Origin: Candidatus Omnitrophota bacterium
Lineage (GTDB): Bacteria > Omnitrophota > Gorgyraeia > Gygaellales > Profunditerraquicolaceae
Direction of reading: 5' to 3'
Assembly: GCA_041309145.1 (NCBI GenBank)
Contig: JBFZAG010000079.1
Location: 15-64,014 of the forward strand
Length of the DNA stretch: 64,000 bases
Every line of letters starts with the position of its first letter. Position 1 is the first letter of the stretch. Of this stretch, positions 62,887 through 64,000 are shown piece by piece. The translations under genes were made by a program, and so were the position numbers. The notes under the pieces are model-generated. The model did not search any database, was not told the DNA's origin, and saw only the letters and a list, made by a program, of their open reading frames with translations.

Positions 62887-64000
62887 ATGTCTAAATTCAC
62901 TGAAATATTCAAAAACCGCGACTTCTTCCTGCTTTGGATCGGCCAGATCATCTCCCAGTTAGGCGACCGGCTTGACCAGATGGCCTTGATCGCTCTGGTC
63001 TATTCCAAAGCCCCGGGATCGACGATGAGCATAGCCAAGATCCTTTCCTTTACCATTATCCCGGTTTTCCTGATCGGTCCGGTTGCCGGAGTCTATGTTG
63101 ACCGATGGGACAGGCGCAGGATCATGTATATCTCCGATTTTTTGCGGGCAGCGCTGGTTTTATGCATAGCTGTGTCCTTCATTAATAAAAGCCTGGGTTG
63201 GGTGTACCTGATCATTTTCATAATTTTCTCTATCGGCCGTTTTTTTGTTCCGGCCAAAATGGCCATTATTCCTGATCTGGTCGAGCAAAAACACCTGTTA
63301 ATGGCTAATTCCCTGGTCAATACCACCGGGATGATCGCCGCGGTCCTTGGATTCGGAATAAGCGGGATCGTAGTCGAAAAACTCGGGGCAAAAGCCGGCT
63401 TTTATCTTGATTCCTTAAGCTTTCTGGTCTCAGGCTCCTGCATCTTTTTTATCGCCAAGAAAGCCATGAGCCTGACCAGCCTTAAGAAGGTCAGCCGGGA
63501 GGCCGTAGAAGTCCTGCGCAAATCCGTGCTTGAAGACATTAAAGACGGCTTGCTTTATTTTTTCAAAGAGAAAAAACTGCGCTTTACCGCAGGGGTGATC
63601 TTCGCTTTGTGGGCGGCTTTAGGAGCAGTTTACGTGGTGGTCATAGTTTTTATCCAGCAAACCCTGCATTCCGCAACTAAGGACCTGGGGCTGCTGATCA
63701 TGTTCTTGGGGCTGGGTCTTTTCATAGGCTCTTTGATCTACGGAAAATTCGGCCAACGGGTTTCCCACTACAAAATTATCTTTGTCTGCCTCATCCTGAG
63801 TGGTATAATGCTGGTTGTTTTCGCTTTCGGGATCAACTATTACCCTTGTTTTGCGGTAGCGGCTGCTCTGTCGTTTTTACTGGGAACGGTGATCTCCCCG
63901 ATCATGATCGCAACCAACACCATCATCCACAAAGTAAGCGCAAACCACATGATGGGAAAGACTTTCAGCTCTCTGGAAATCGTGATCCATCTGGGATTCA
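62887..64000 (+). CDS. MFS-family transporter (3' end beyond window edge)
   Basis: Absent from the track because it is edge-truncated. ATG at 62887, then MSKFTEIFKNRDFFLLWIGQIISQLGDRL and multiple TM helices. The DRWDRRR loop motif is typical of MFS transporters. Confidence 0.65.
   Translation, partial: MSKFTEIFKNRDFFLLWIGQIISQLGDRLDQMALIALVYSKAPGSTMSIAKILSFTIIPVFLIGPVAGVYVDRWDRRRIMYISDFLRAALVLCIAVSFINKSLGWVYLIIFIIFSIGRFFVPAKMAIIPDLVEQKHLLMANSLVNTTGMIAAVLGFGISGIVVEKLGAKAGFYLDSLSFLVSGSCIFFIAKKAMSLTSLKKVSREAVEVLRKSVLEDIKDGLLYFFKEKKLRFTAGVIFALWAALGAVYVVVIVFIQQTLHSATKDLGLLIMFLGLGLFIGSLIYGKFGQRVSHYKIIFVCLILSGIMLVVFAFGINYYPCFAVAAALSFLLGTVISPIMIATNTIIHKVSANHMMGKTFSSLEIVIHLGF

Overview
The window is a gene-dense bacterial chromosomal segment with roughly 50% GC, about 90% coding, and most genes on the minus strand. 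The gene content suggests an uncultivated anaerobe; an Omnitrophota-like candidate-phylum origin is only a guess. ORFs truncated by the window edges are missing from the supplied track and were read directly from the sequence.

Genes from left to right:
- **Energy/redox cluster:** a NuoF-like flavoprotein fused to GltD-like oxidoreductase domains (truncated at the 5' window edge), a NuoE/HoxE-like 2Fe-2S protein, an NfnAB-like pair and acetate kinase.
- **Envelope genes:** an HtpX protease followed by a ~480-bp mosaic repeat leader, a DUF1573 lipoprotein, a thioredoxin-DsbD fusion, PtsN and an OmpA-LysM lipoprotein.
- **Giant protein locus:** an orphan CpaF/VirB11-family ATPase immediately downstream of a 10-kb ORF encoding a 3338-aa signal-peptide-bearing repeat protein with HSP90/MutL-like GHKL motifs. 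This is the strongest candidate for something new.
- **Mismatch repair:** divergently transcribed mutS-mutL.
- **Secreted-protein operon:** AsnC regulator, aminotransferase, GAF-ANTAR regulator, a secreted kinase-like protein and a secreted NHL-repeat propeller.
- **nadE.**
- **Phosphate island:**
  - Two tandem pst operons. Copy 1 is pstSCA followed by two pstB genes and phoU. Copy 2 is an OprP-like porin, pstSCAB, an ArsC/LMW-PTP-like gene and phoU.
  - A regulatory module: a lone receiver, phoR, phoB and a Na/Pi cotransporter.
- **Housekeeping and regulators:** a QueG-like protein, mnmG, a RAYT/IS200-like transposase flanked by REP hairpins (REP copies also lie elsewhere in the window), archaeal-type phosphoglycerate mutase, class II RNR with NrdR-box-like sites, LacI and ROK regulators.
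- **3' end:** a tRNA-Thr(CGU) followed by two tandem repeat units that each re-use the tRNA 3' end, then an MFS transporter truncated at the 3' window edge.

No CRISPR array, rRNA or recognisable defence system was seen.
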